Below are positions 1 through 14,400 of a stretch of DNA of 64,000 nucleotides, piece after piece; position 1 is the first letter of the stretch; each line of letters starts with the position of its first letter. The position numbers and the translations under genes were made by a program. Below the pieces are notes generated by a model that worked only from the letters and a program-made list of their open reading frames with translations, did no database searches and was not told where the DNA came from. This stretch comes from Eledone cirrhosa (lineage: Eukaryota): positions 408,828,001 through 408,892,000 of the forward strand of contig OZ024741.1 in NCBI GenBank assembly GCA_964016885.1, written 5' to 3'.

Positions 1-2399
1 CCTATCTTAAAAGGAAGATTGTACCTATTTTAAAAGGAAGACTGTACCTATTTTAAAAGGAAGACTGTACCTATTTTAAAAAAGAGACTGTGTACCTATT
101 TTAAAAGGAAGACTGTACCTATTTTAAAAGGGAGACTGTGTTCCTATTTTAAAAGGAAGACCGTACCTATGTTAAAAGGGAGACTGTGTACCTATTTTAA
201 AAGGAAGACTGTACCTATTTTAAAAGGGAAACAGTGTACCTATTTTAAAAGGAAGACTGTGTACCTATTTTAAAAGGAAGACTGTACCTATTTTAAAAGG
301 AAGACTGTACCTATTTTAAAAGGAAGACTGCGTACCTATTTTAAAAGGGAGACTGTACCTATTTAAAAAGGAACACTGTACCTATTTTAAAAGGAAGACT
401 GTGTACCTATTTTAAAAGGAAGACTGTGTACCTATTTTAAAAGGGAAACAGTGTACCTATTTTAAAAGGAAGACTGTGTACCTATTTTAAAAGGAAGACT
501 GTACCTATTTTAAAAGGAAAACTGTACCTATTTTAAAAGGAAGATTGTGTACCTATTTTAGAAGGAAGACTGTGTACCTATTTTAAAAGGAAGACTGTAC
601 CTATTTTAAAAGGAAGACTGTGTACCTATTTTAAAAGGGAGACTATGTACCTATTTTAAAAGGAAGACTGTACCTATTTTAAAAGGAAGACTGTGTACCT
701 ATCTTAAAAGGAAGATTGTACCTATTTTAAAAGGAAGACTGTACCTATTTTAAAAGGAAGACTGTACCTATTTTAAAAAAGAGACTGTGTACCTATTTTA
801 AAAGGAAGACTGTACCTATTTTAAAAGGGAGACTGTGTTCCTATTTTAAAAGGAAGACCGTACCTATGTTAAAAGGGAGACCGTGTACCTATTTTAAAAG
901 GAAGACTGTACCTAATTTAAAAGGGAGACAGTGTACCTATTTTAAAAGGAAGACTGTGTACCTATTTTAAAAGGAAGACTGTACCTATTTTAAAAGGAAG
1001 ACTGTACCTATTTTAAAAGGAAGACTGCGTACCTATTTTAAAAGGAAGACTGTACCTATTTTAAAAGGAAGACTGTGTACCTATTTTAAAAGGAAGATTG
1101 TACCTATTTTAAAAGGAAGACTGTACCTATTTAAAAAAAAAGACTGTGTACCTATTTTAAAAGGAAGACCGTGTACATATTTTAAAAGGAAGACTGTACC
1201 TATTTTAAAAAAGAGACTGTGTGCCTATTTTAAAAGGGAGACCGTGTACCTATTTTAAAAGGGAGACTGTACATATTTTAAAAGGAAGACTGTGTACCTA
1301 TTTCATAAGGAAGAATGTACCTATTTTAAAAGGGAGACTGTGTACCTATTTTAAAAGGAAGACTGTGTACCTAATTTAAAAGGAAGACTGTGTACCTATT
1401 TTAAAAGGGAGAATGTGTACCTATTTTAAAAGGGAGACTGTGTACCTATTTTAAAAGAAAGACTGTACGTCTTTGAAAAGCGAGACTGTGTACCTATTTT
1501 AAAAAAAAGACTGTATCTATTTTAAAAGGAAGACTGTACCTATTTAAAAAAAGGATTGTGTACCTATTTTAAAAGGAAGACTGTACCTATTTTAAAAGGA
1601 AGACTGTACCTATTTTAAAAGGAAGACTGTGTACCTATTTTAAAAGGAAGACTGTGTACCTATTTTAAAAGGGAGACTGTACCTATTTTAAAAGGAAGAC
1701 TGTACCTATTTTAAAAGGAAGACTGTGTACCTATTTTAAAAGGAAGACTGTACCTATTTTAAAAGGAAGACTACCTATTTTAAAATAAGACTGTGTACCT
1801 ATTTTAAAAGGAAGACTGTACCTATTTTAAAAGGGAGACTGTACCTATTTTAAAAGGGAGACTGTACCTATTTTAAAAGGAAGACTGTGTTTCCTATTTT
1901 AAAAGAAAGACTGTGTACCAATTTTAAAAGGGAGACTGTACCTATTTTAAAAGGAAGACTGTAGCTATTTTAAAAGGAAGACTGTGTACCTATTTTAAAA
2001 GGGAGACTGTACCTATTTTAAAAGGAAAACTGTACCTATTTTAAAAGGAAGATTGTGTACCTATTTTAAAAGGAAGACTGTGTACCTATTTTAAAATGAA
2101 GACTGTACCTATTTTAAAAGGAAGACTGTGTACCTATTTTAAAAGGGAGACTATGTACCTATTTTAAAAGGAAGACTGTACCTATTTTAAAAGGAAGACT
2201 GTGTACCTATCTTAAAAGGAAGATTGTACCTATTTTAAAAGGAAGACTGTACCTATTTTAAAAGGAAGACTGTACCTATTTTAAAAAAGAGACTGTGTAC
2301 CTATTTTAAAAGGAAGACTGTACCTATTTTAAAAGGGAGACTGTGTTCCTATTTTAAAAGGAAGACCGTACCTATGTTAAAAGGGAGACTGTGTACCTA

Positions 2400-5300
2400 T
2401 TTTAAAAGGAAGACTGTACCTATTTTAAAAGGGAAACAGTGTACCTATTTTAAAAGGAAGACTGTGTACCTATTTTAAAAGGAAGACTGTACCTATTTTA
2501 AAAGGAAGACTGTACCTATTTTAAAAGGAAGACTGCGTACCTATTTTAAAAGGGAGACTGTACCTATTTAAAAAGGAACACTGTACCTATTTTAAAAGGA
2601 AGACTGTGTACCTATTTTAAAAGGGAGACTATGTACCTATTTTAAAAGGAAGACTGTACCTATTTTAAAAGGAAGACTGTGTACCTATTTTAAAAGGAAG
2701 ATTGTACCTATTTTAAAAGGAAGACTGTACCTATTTAAAAAAAAAGACTGTGTACCTATTTTAAAAGGAAGACCGTGTACATATTTTAAAAGGAAGACTG
2801 TACCTATTTTAAAAAAGAGACTGTGTGCCTATTTTAAAAGGGAGACCGTGTACCTATTTTAAAAGGGAGACTGTACATATTTTAAAAGGAAGACTGTGTA
2901 CCTATTTTATAAGGAAGAATGTACCTATTTTAAAAGGGAGACTGTGTACCTATTTTAAAAGGAAGACTGTGTACCTAATTTAAAAGGAAGACTGTGTACC
3001 TATTTTAAAAGGGAGAATGTGTACCTATTTTAAAAGGGAGACTGTGTACCTATTTTAAAAGAAAGACTGTACGTCTTTGAAAAGCGAGACTGTGTACCTA
3101 TTTTAAAAAAAAGACTGTATCTATTTTAAAAGGAAGACTGTACCTATTTAAAAAAAGGATTGTGTACCTATTTTAAAAGGAAGACTGTACCTATTTTAAA
3201 AGGAAGACTGTACCTATTTTAAAAGGAAGACTGTGTACCTATTTTAAAAGGAAGACTGTGTACCTATTTTAAAAGGGAGACTGTACCTTTTTTAAAAGGA
3301 AGACTGTACCTATTTTAAAAGGAAGACTGTGTACCTATTTTAAAAGCGAGACTGTACTTATATTAAAAGGAACACTGTACCTATTTTAAAAGGAAGATTG
3401 TGTACCTATTTTAAAAGGAAGACTGTGTACCTATTTTAAAAGGAAGTCTGTACCTATTTTAAAAGGAAGACTACCTATTTTAAAATAAGACTGTGTACCT
3501 ATTTTAAAAGGAAGACTGTACCTATTTTAAAAGGGAGACTGTACCTATTTTAAAAGGGAGACTGTACCTATTTTAAAAGGAAGACTGTGTTTCCTATTTT
3601 AAAAGAAAGACTGTGTACCAATTTTAAAAGGGAGACTGTACCTATTTTAAAAGGAAGACTGTAGCTATTTTAAAAGGAAGACTGTGTACCTATTTTAAAA
3701 GGGAGACTGTACCTATTTTAAAAGGAAAACTGTACCTATTTTAAAAGGAAGATTGTGTACCTATTTTAAAAGGAAGACTGTGTACCTATTTTAAAAGGAA
3801 GACTGTACCTATTTTAAAAGGAAGACTGTGTACCTATTTTAAAAGGGAGACTATGTACCTATTTTAAAAGGAAGACTGTACCTATTTTAAAAGGAAGACT
3901 GTGTACCTATTTTAAAAGGATGATTGTACCTATTTTAAAAGGAAGACTGTACCTATTAAAAAACAAAGACTGTGTACCTATTTTAAAAGGAAGACCGTGT
4001 ACATATTTTAAAAGGAAGACTGTACCTATTTTAAAAAAGAGACTGTGTGCCTATTTTAAAAGGGAGACCGTGTACCTATTTTAAAAGGGAGACTGTACAT
4101 ATTTTAAAAGGAAGACTGTGTACCTATTTTATAAGGAATAATGTACCTATTTTAAAAGGGAGACTGTGTACCTATTTTAAAAGGAAGACTGTGTACCTAA
4201 TTTAAAAGGAAGACTGTGTACCTATTTTAAAAGGGAGAATGTGTACCTATTTTAAAAGGGAGACTGTGTACCTATTTTAAAAGGAAGACTGTACCTATTT
4301 TAAAAGGGAAAGAGTGTACCTATTTTAAAAGGAAGACTGTGTACCTATTTTAAAAGGAAGACTGTACCTATTTTAAAAGGAAGACTGTACCTATTTTAAA
4401 AGGAAGACTGCGTACCTATTTTAAAAGGGAGACTGTACCTATTTAAAAAGGAACACTGTACCTATTTTAAAAGGAAGACTGTGTACCTATTTTAAAAGGG
4501 AGACTATGTACCTATTTTAAAAGGAAGACTGTACCTATTTTAAAAGGAAGACTGTGTACCTATTTTAAAAGGAAGATTGTAACTATTTTAAAAGGAAGAC
4601 TGTACCTATTTAAAAAAAAAGACTGTGTACCTATTTTAAAAGGAAGACCGTGTACATATTTTAAAAGGAAGACTGTACCTATTTTAAAAAAGAGACTGTG
4701 TGCCTATTTTAAAAGGGAGACCGTGTACCTATTTTAAAAGGGAGACTGTACATATTTTAAAAGGAAGACTGTGTACCTATTTTATAAGGAAGAATGTACC
4801 TATTTTAAAAGGGAGACTGTGTACCTATTTTAAAAGGAAGACTGTGTACCTAATTTAAAAGGAAGACTGTGTACCTATTTTAAAAGGGAGAATGTGTACC
4901 TATTTTAAAAGGGAGACTGTGTACCTATTTTAAAAGAAAGACTGTACGTCTTTGAAAAGCGAGACTGTGTACCTATTTTAAAAAAAAGACTGTATCTATT
5001 TTAAAAGGAAGACTGTACCTATTTAAAAAAAGGATTGTGTACCTATTTTAAAAGGAAGACTGTACCTATTTTAAAAGGAAGACTGTACCTATTTTAAAAG
5101 GAAGACTGTGTACCTATTTTAAAAGGAAGACTGTGTACCTATTTTAAAAGGGAGACTGTACCTTTTTTAAAAGGAAGACTGTACCTATTTTAAAAGGAAG
5201 ACTGTGTACCTATTTTAAAAGCGAGACTGTACTTATATTAAAAGGAACACTGTACCTATTTTAAAAGGAAGATTGTGTACCTATTTTAAAAGGAAGACTG

Positions 5301-6150
5301 TGTACCTATTTTAAAAGGAAGACTGTACCTATTTTAAAAGGAAGACTACCTATTTTAAAATAAGACTGTGTACCTATTTTAAAAGGAAGACTGTACCTAT
5401 TTTAAAAGGGAGACTGTACCTATTTTAAAAGGGAGACTGTACCTATTTTAAAAGGAAGACTGTGTTTCCTATTTTAAAAGAAAGACTGTGTACCAATTTT
5501 AAAAGGGAGACTGTACCTATTTTAAAAGGAAGACTGTAGCTATTTTAAAAGGAAGACTGTGTACCTATTTTAAAAGGGAGACTGTACCTATTTTAAAAGG
5601 AAAACTGTACCTATTTTAAAAGGAAGATTGTGTACCTATTTTAAAAGGAAGACTGTGTACCTATTTTAAAAGGAAGACTGTACCTATTTTAAAAGGAAGA
5701 CTGTGTACCTATTTTAAAAGGGAGACTATGTACCTATTTTAAAAGGAAGACTGTACCTATTTTAAAAGGAAGACTGTGTACCTATTTTAAAAGGATGATT
5801 GTACCTATTTTAAAAGGAAGACTGTACCTATTAAAAAACAAAGACTGTGTACCTATTTTAAAAGGAAGACCGTGTACATATTTTAAAAGGAAGACTGTAC
5901 CTATTTTAAAAAAGAGACTGTGTGCCTATTTTAAAAGGGAGACCGTGTACCTATTTTAAAAGGGAGACTGTACATATTTTAAAAGGAAGACTGTGTACCT
6001 ATTTTATAAGGAATAATGTACCTATTTTAAAAGGGAGACTGTGTACCTATTTTAAAAGGAAGACTGTGTACCTAATTTAAAAGGAAGACTGTGTACCTAT
6101 TTTAAAAGGGAGAATGTGTACCTATTTTAAAAGGGAGACTGTGTACCTAT
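2400..6150 (+). repeat. Tandem duplication, period 1875 bp
   Basis: Rare variants recur at +1875: CGTCTTTG 3072/4947, CCTTTTTT 3286/5161, GGATGATT (T at 3921/5796), AGGAATAATG about 4135/6010. Confidence 0.9.
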
Positions 6151-9100
6151 TTTAAAAGAAAGACTGTACGTCTTTGAAAAGCGAGACTGTGTACCTATTT
6201 AAAAAAAAAGACTGTATCTATTTTAAAAGGAAGACTGTACCTATTTAAAAAAAGGATTGTGTACCTATTTTAAAAGGAAGACTGTACCTATTTTAAAAGG
6301 AAGACTGTACCTATTTTAAAAGGAAGACTGTGTACCTATTTTAAAAGGAAGACTGTGTACCTATTTTAAAAGGGAGACTGTACCTATTTTAAAAGGAAGA
6401 CTGTACCTATTTTAAAAGGAAGACTGTGTACCTATTTTAAAAGGAAGACTGTGTACCTATTTTAAAAGGAAGACTGTACCTATTTTAAAAGGAAGACTAC
6501 CTATTTTAAAATAAGACTGTGTACCTATTTTAAAAGGAAGACTGTACCTATTTTAAAAGGGAGACTGTACCTATTTTAAAAGGGAGACTGTACCTATTTT
6601 AAAAGGAAGACTGTGTTTCCTATTTTAAAAGAAAGACTGTGTACCAATTTTAAAAGGGAGACTGTACCTATTTTAAAAGGAAGACTGTAGCTATTTTAAA
6701 AGGAAGACTGTGTACCTATTTTAAAAGGGAGACTGTACCTATTTTAAAAGGAAAACTGTACCTATTTTAAAAGGAAGATTGTGTACCTATTTTAAAAGGA
6801 AGACTGTGTACCTATTTTAAAAGGAAGACTGTAGCTATTTTAAAAGGAAGACTGTGTACCTATTTTAAAAGGGAGACTGTACCTATTTTAAAAGGAAAAC
6901 TGTACCTATTTTAAAAGGAAGATTGTGTACCTATTTTAAAAGGAAGACTGTGTACCTATTTTAAAAGGAAGACTGTACCTATTTTAAAAAAGAGACCGTG
7001 TACCTATTTTAAAAGGAAGACTGTACCTAATTTAAAAGGGAGACAGTGTACCTATTTTAAAAGGAAGACTGTGTACCTATTTTAAAAGGAAGACTGTACC
7101 TATTTTAAAAGGAAGACTGTACCTATTTTAAAAGGAAGACTGCGTACCTATTTTAAAAGGAAGACTGTACCTATTTTAAAAGGAAGACTGTGTACCTATT
7201 TTAAAAGGAAGATTGTACCTATTTTAAAAGGAAGACTGTACCTATTTAAAAAAAAAGACTGTGTACCTATTTTAAAAGGAAGACCGTGTACATATTTTAA
7301 AAGGAAGACTGTACCTATTTTAAAAAAGAGACTGTGTGCCTATTTTAAAAGGGAGACCGTGTACCTATTTTAAAAGGGAGACTGTACATATTTTAAAAGG
7401 AAGACTGTGTACCTATTTTATAAGGAAGAATGTACCTATTTTAAAGGGGAGACTGTGTACCTATTTTAAAAGGAAGACTGTGTACCTAATTTAAAAGGAA
7501 GACTGTGTACCTATTTTAAAAGGGAGAATGTGTACCTATTTTAAAAGGAAGACTGTGTACCTATTTTAAAAGGGAGAATATGTACCTATTTTAAAAGCGA
7601 GACTGTGTACCTATTTAAAAAAAAAGACTGTATCTATTTTAAAAGGAAGACTGTACCTATTTAAAAAAAGGATTGTGTACCTATTTTAAAAGGAAGACTG
7701 TACCTATTTTAAAAGGAAGACTGTACCTATTTTAAAAGGAAGACTGTGTACCTATTTTAAAAGGAAGACTGTGTACCTATTTTAAAAGGGAGACTGTACC
7801 TATTTTAAAAGGAAGACTGTACCTATTTTAAAAGGAAGACTGTGTACCTATTTTAAAAGCGAGACTGTACTTATATTAAAAGGAACACTGTACCTATTTT
7901 AAAAGGAAGATTGTGTACCTATTTTAAAAGGAAGTCTGTGTACCTATTTTAAAAGGAAGACTGTACCTATTTTAAAAGGAAGTCTACCTATTTTAAAATA
8001 AGACTGTGTACCTATTTTAAAAGGAAGACTGTACCTATTTTAAAAGGGAGACTGTACCTATTTTAAAAGGGAGACTGTACCTATTTTAAAAGGAAGACTG
8101 TGTTTCCTATTTTAAAAGAAAGACTGTGTACCAATTTTAAAAGGGAGACTGTACCTATTTTAAAAGGAAGACTGTAGCTATTTTAAAAGGAAGACTGTGT
8201 ACCTATTTTAAAAGGGAGACTGTACCTATTTTAAAAGGAAAACTGTACCTATTTTAAAAGGAAGATTGTGTACCTATTTTAAAAGGAAGACTGTGTACCT
8301 ATTTTAAAAGGAAGACTGTACCTATTTTAAAAGGAAGACTGTGTACCTATTTTAAAAGGGAGACTATGTACCTATTTTAAAAGGAAGACTGTACCTATTT
8401 TAAAAGGAAGACTGTGTACCTATCTTAAAAGGAAGATTGTACCTATTTTAAAAGGAAGACTGTACCTATTTTAAAAGGAAGACTGTACCTATTTTAAAAA
8501 AGAGACTGTGTACCTATTTTAAAAGGAAGACTGTACCTATTTTAAAAGGGAGACTGTGTTCCTATTTTAAAAGGAAGACCGTACCTATGTTAAAAGGGAG
8601 ACTGTGTACCTATTTTAAAAGGAAGACTGTACCTGTTTTAAAAGGGAGACAGTGTACCTATTTTAAAAGGAAGACTGTGTACCTATTTTAAAAGGAAGAC
8701 TGTACCTATTTTAAAAGGAAGACTACCTATTTTAAAATAAGACTGTGTACCTATTTTAAAAGGAAGACTGTACCTATTTTAAAAGGGAGACTGTACATAT
8801 TTTCAAAGGGAGACTGTACCTATTTTAAAAGGAAGACTGTGTACCTATTTTAAAAGGAAGACTGTGTACCTATTTTAAAAGGGAGACTGTACCTATTTTA
8901 AAAGGAAGACTGTACCCATTTTAAAAAGAAGACTGTGTACCTATTTTAAAAGGGAGACTGTACCTATTTTAAAAGGAAGACTGTGTACCTATTTTAAAAA
9001 GAAGACTGTACCTATTTTAAAAGGAAGATTGTGTACCTATTTTAAAAGGGAGACTATGTACCTATTTTAAAAGGAAGACTGTACCTATTTTAAAAGGAAG

Positions 9101-11479
9101 ACTGTGTACCTATTTTAAAAGGAAGATTGTACCTATTTTAAAAGGAAGACTGTACCTATTTTAAAAGGAAGACTGTGTACCTATTTTAAAAGGAAGACTG
9201 TACCTATTTTAAAAGGGAGACTGTGTACCTATTTTAAAAGGAAGAATGTAGCTATTTTAAAAGGAAGACTGTACCTATTTTAAAAGGAAGACTGTACCTA
9301 TTTTAAAAGGAAGACTGCGTACCTATTTTAAAAGGGAGACTGTACCTATTTAAAAACGAACACTGTACCTATTTTAAAAGGAAGACTGTGTACCTATTTT
9401 AAAAGGGAGACTATGTACCTATTTTAAATGGAAGACTGTGTACCTATTTTAAAAGGAAGATTGTACCTATTTTAAAAGGAAGACTGTACCTATTTAAAAA
9501 AAAAGACTGTGTACTTATTTTAAAAGGAGGACCGTGTACATATTTTAAAAGGAAGACTGTACCTATTTTAAAAAAGAGACTGTGTGCCTATTTTAAAAGG
9601 GAGACCGTGTACCTATTTTAAAAGGGAGACTGTACATATTTTAAAAGGAAGACTGTGTACCTATTTTATAAGGAAGAAGGTACCTATTTTAAAAGGGATA
9701 CTGTGTACCTATTTTAAAAGGAAGACGGTGTACCTAATTTAAAAGGAAGACTGTGTACCTATTTTAAAAGGGAGAATGTGTACCTATTTTAAAAGGGAGA
9801 CTGTGTACCTGTTTTAAAAGAAAGACTGTACGTCTTTGAAAAGCGAGACTGTGTACCTATTTAAAAAAAAAGACTGTATCTATTTTAAAAGGAAGACTGT
9901 ACCTATTTAAAAAAAAGGATTTTGTACCTATTTTAAAAGGAAGACTGTACCTATTTTAAAAGGAAGACTGTACCTATTTTAAAAGGAAGACTGTGTACCT
10001 ATTTTAAAAGGAAGACTGTGTACCTATTTTAAAAGGGAGACTGTACCTATTTTAAAAGGAAGACTGTACCTATTTTAAAAGGAAGACTGTGTACCTATTT
10101 TAAAAGCGAGACTGTACTTATTTTAAAAGGAACACTGTACCTTTTTTAAAAGGAAGATTGTGTACCTATTTTAAAAGGAAGACTGTACCTATTTTAAAAG
10201 GAAGACTGTGTACCTATTTTAAAAGGGAGACTATGTACCTATTTTAAAAGGAAGACTGTACCTATTTTAAAAGGAAGACTGTGTACCTATTTTAAAAGGA
10301 AGATTGTACCTATTTTAAAAGGAAGACTGTACCTATTTTAAAAGGAAGACTGTGTACCTATTTTAAAAGGAAGACTGTACCTATTTTAAAAGGGAGACTG
10401 TGTACCTATTTTAAAACAAAGAATGTACCTATTTTAAAAGGAAGACTGTACCTATTTTAAAAGGAAGACTGTACCTATTTTAAAAGGAAGACTGCGTACC
10501 TATTTTAAAAGGGAGACTGTACCTATTTTAAAAGAAAGACTGTACCTATTTTAAAAGGAAGACTGTGTACCTATTTTAAAAGCGAGACTGTACTTATATT
10601 AAAAGGAACACTGTACCTATTTTAAAAGGAAGATTGTGTACCTATTTTAAAAGGAAGACTGTGTACCTATTTTAAAAGGAAGACTGTACCTATTTTAAAA
10701 GGAAGACAACCTATTTTAAAATAAGTCTGTGTACCTATTTTAAAAGGAAGACTGTACCTATTTTAAAAGGGAGACTGTACCTATTTTAAAAGGGAGACTG
10801 TACCTATTTTAAAAGAAAGACTGTGTTTCCTATTTTAAAAGAAAGACTGTGTACCAATTTTAAAAGGGAGACTGTACCTATTTTAAAAGGAAGACTGTAG
10901 CTATTTTAAAAGGAAGACTGTGTACCTATTTTAAAAGGGAGACTGTACCTATTTTAAAAGGAAAACTGTACCTATTTTAAAAGGAAGATTGTGTACCTAT
11001 TTTAAAAGGAAGACTGTGTACCTATTTTAAAAGGAAGACTGTACCTATTTTAAAAGGAAGACTGTGTACCTATTTTAAAAGGGAGACTATGTACCTATTT
11101 TAAAAGGAAGACTGTACCTATTTTAAAAGGAAGACTGTACCTATTTTAAAAAAGAGACTGTGTACCTATTTTAAAAGGAAGACTGTACCTATTTTAAAAG
11201 GGAGACTGTGTTCCTATTTTAAAAGGAAGACCGCACCTATTTTAAAAGGGAGACTGTGTACCTATTTTAAAAGGAAGACTGTACCTATTTTAAAAGGGAG
11301 ACAGTGTACCTATTTTAAAAGGAAGACTGTGTACCTATTTTAAAAGGAAGACTGTAACTATTTTAAAAGGAAGACTAGCTATTTTAAAATAAGACTGTGT
11401 ACCTATTTTAAAAGGAAGACTGTACCTATTTTAAAAGGGAGACTGTACATATTTTCAAAGGGAGACTGTACCTATTTTA

Positions 11480-14400
11480 AAAGGAAGACTGTGTACCTAT
11501 TTTAATAGGAAGACTGTGTACCTATTTTAAAAGGGAGACTGTACCTATTTTAAAAGTAAGACTGTACCCATTTTAAAAGGAAGACTGTGTACCTATTTTA
11601 AAAGGGAGACTGTACCTATTTTAAAAGGAAGACTGTGTACCTATTGTAAAAGGAAGACTGTACCTATTTTAAAAGGAAGACTGTGTACCTATTTTAAAAG
11701 GGAGACTATGTACCTATTTTAAAAGGAAGACTGTACCTATTTTAAAAGGAAGACTGTGTACCTATTTTAAAAGGAAGATTGTACCTATTTTAAAAGGAAG
11801 ACTGTACCTATTTTAAAAGGAAGACTGTGTACCTATTTTAAAAGGAAGACTGTACCTATTTTAAAAGGGAGACTGTGTACCTATTTTAAAAGGAAGAATG
11901 TAGCTATTTTAAAAGGAAGACTGTACCTATTTTAAAAGGAAGACTGTACCTATTTTAAAAGGAAGACTGCGTACCTATTTTAAAAGGGAGACTGTACCTA
12001 TTTAAAAACGAACACTGTACCTATTTTAAAAGGAAGACTGTGTACCTATTTTAAAAGGGAGACTATGTACCTATTTTAAATGGAAGACTGTGTACCTATT
12101 TTAAAAGGAAGATTTACCTATTTTAAAAGGAAGACTGTACCTATTTAAAAAAAAAGACTGTGTATCTATTTTAAAAGGAAGACCGTGTACATATTTTAAA
12201 AGGAAGACTGTACCTATTTTAAAAAAGAGACTGTGTGCCTAGTTTAAAAGGGAGACCGTGTACCTATTTTAAAAGGGAGACTGTACATATTTTAAAAGGA
12301 AGACTGTGTACCTATTTTAAAAGGGAGAATGTGTACCTATTTTAAAAGGGAGACTGTGTACCTATTTTAAAAGAAAGACTGTACGTCTTTGAAAAGTGAG
12401 ACTGTGTAACTATTTAAAAAAAAGACTGTATCTATTTTAAAAGGAAGACTGTACCTATTTAAAAAAAAAGATTTTGTACCTATTTTAAAAGGAAGACTGT
12501 AGCTATTTTAAAAGGAAGACTGTGTACCTATTTTAAAAGGGAGACTGTACCTATTTTAAAAGGAAAACTGTACCTATTTTAAAAGGAAGATTGTGTACCT
12601 ATTTTAAAAGGAAGACTGTGTACCTATTTTAAAAGGAAGACAGTACCTATTTTAAAAGGAAGACTGTGTACCTATTTTAAAAGGGAGACTATGTACCTAT
12701 TTTAAAAGGAAGACTGTACCTATTTTAAAAGGAAGACTGTACCTATTTTAAAAGGAAGACTGTACCTATTTTAAAAAAGAGACTGTGTACCTATTTTAAA
12801 AGGAAGACTGTACCTATTTTAAAAGGGAGACTGTGTTCCTATTTTAAAAGGAAGACCGTACCTATGTTAAAAGGGAGACTGTGTACCTATTTTAAAAGGA
12901 AGACTGTACCTATTTTAAAAGGGAGACAGTGTACCTATTTTAAAAGGAAGACTGTGTACCTATTTTAAAAGGAAGACTGTACCTATTTTAAAAGGAAGAC
13001 TACCTATTTTAAAATAAGACTGTGTACCTATTTTAAAAGGAAGACTGTACCTATTTTAAAAGGGAGACTGTACATATTTTCAAAGGGAGACTGTACCTAT
13101 TTTAAAAGGAAGACTGTGTACCTATTTTAAAAGGAAGACTGTGTACCTATTTTAAAAGGAAGACTGTACCTATTTTAAAAGGAAGACTGTACCTATTTTA
13201 AAAGGAAGACTGTACCTATTTTAAAAAAGAGACTGTGTACCTATTTTAAAAGGAAGACTGTACCTATTTTAAAAGGGAGACTGTGTTCCTATTTTAAAAG
13301 GAAGACCGTACCTATGTTAAAAGGGAGACTGTGTACCTATTTTAAAAGGAAGACTGTACCTATTTTAAAAGGGAGACAGTGTACCTATTTTAAAAGGAAG
13401 ACTGTGTACCTATTTTAAAAGGAAGACTGTACCTATTTTAAAAGGAAGACTACCTATTTTAAAATAAGACTGTGTACCTATTTTAAAAGGAAGACTGTAC
13501 CTATTTTAAAAGGGAGACTGTACATATTTTCAAAGGGAGACTGTACCTATTTTAAAAGGAAGACTGTGTACCTATTTTAAAAGGAAGACTGTGTACCTAT
13601 TTTAAAAGGGAGACTGTACCTATTTTAAAAGTAAGACTGTACCCATTTTAAAAGGAAGACTGCGTACCTATTTTAAAGGGGAGACTGTACCTATTTTAAA
13701 AGAAGACTGTGTACCTATTTTAAAAGGAAGACTGTACCTATTTTAAAAGGAAGAGTGTACCTATTTTAAAAGGGAGACTATGTACCTATTTTAAAAGGAA
13801 GACTGTACCTATTTTAAAAGGAAGACTGTGTACCTATTTTAAAAGGAAGATTGTACCTATTTTAAAAGGAAGACTGTACCTATTTTAAAAGGAAGACTGT
13901 GTACCTATTTTAAAAGGAAGACTGTACCTATTTTAAAAGGGAGACTGTGTACCTATTTTAAAAGGAAGAATGTAGCTATTTTAAAGGGAAGACTGTACCT
14001 ATTTTAAAAGGAAGACTGTGTACCTATTTTAATAGGAAGACTGTGTACCTATTTTAAAAGGGAGACTGTACCTATTTTAAAAGTAAGACTGTACCCATTT
14101 TAAAAGGAAGACTGTGTACCTATTTTAAAAGGGAGAGTGTACCTATTTTAAAAGGAAGACTGTGTACCTATTGTAAAAGGAAGACTGTACCTATTTTAAA
14201 AGGAAGACTGTGTACCTATTTTAAAAGGGAGACTATGTACCTATTTTAAAAGGAAGACTGTACCTATTTTAAAAGGAAGACTGTGTACCTATTTTAAAAG
14301 GAAGATTGTACCTATTTTAAAAGGAAGACTGTACCTATTTTAAAAGGAAGACTGTGTACCTATTTTAAAAGGAAGACTGTACCTATTTTAAAAGGGAGAC

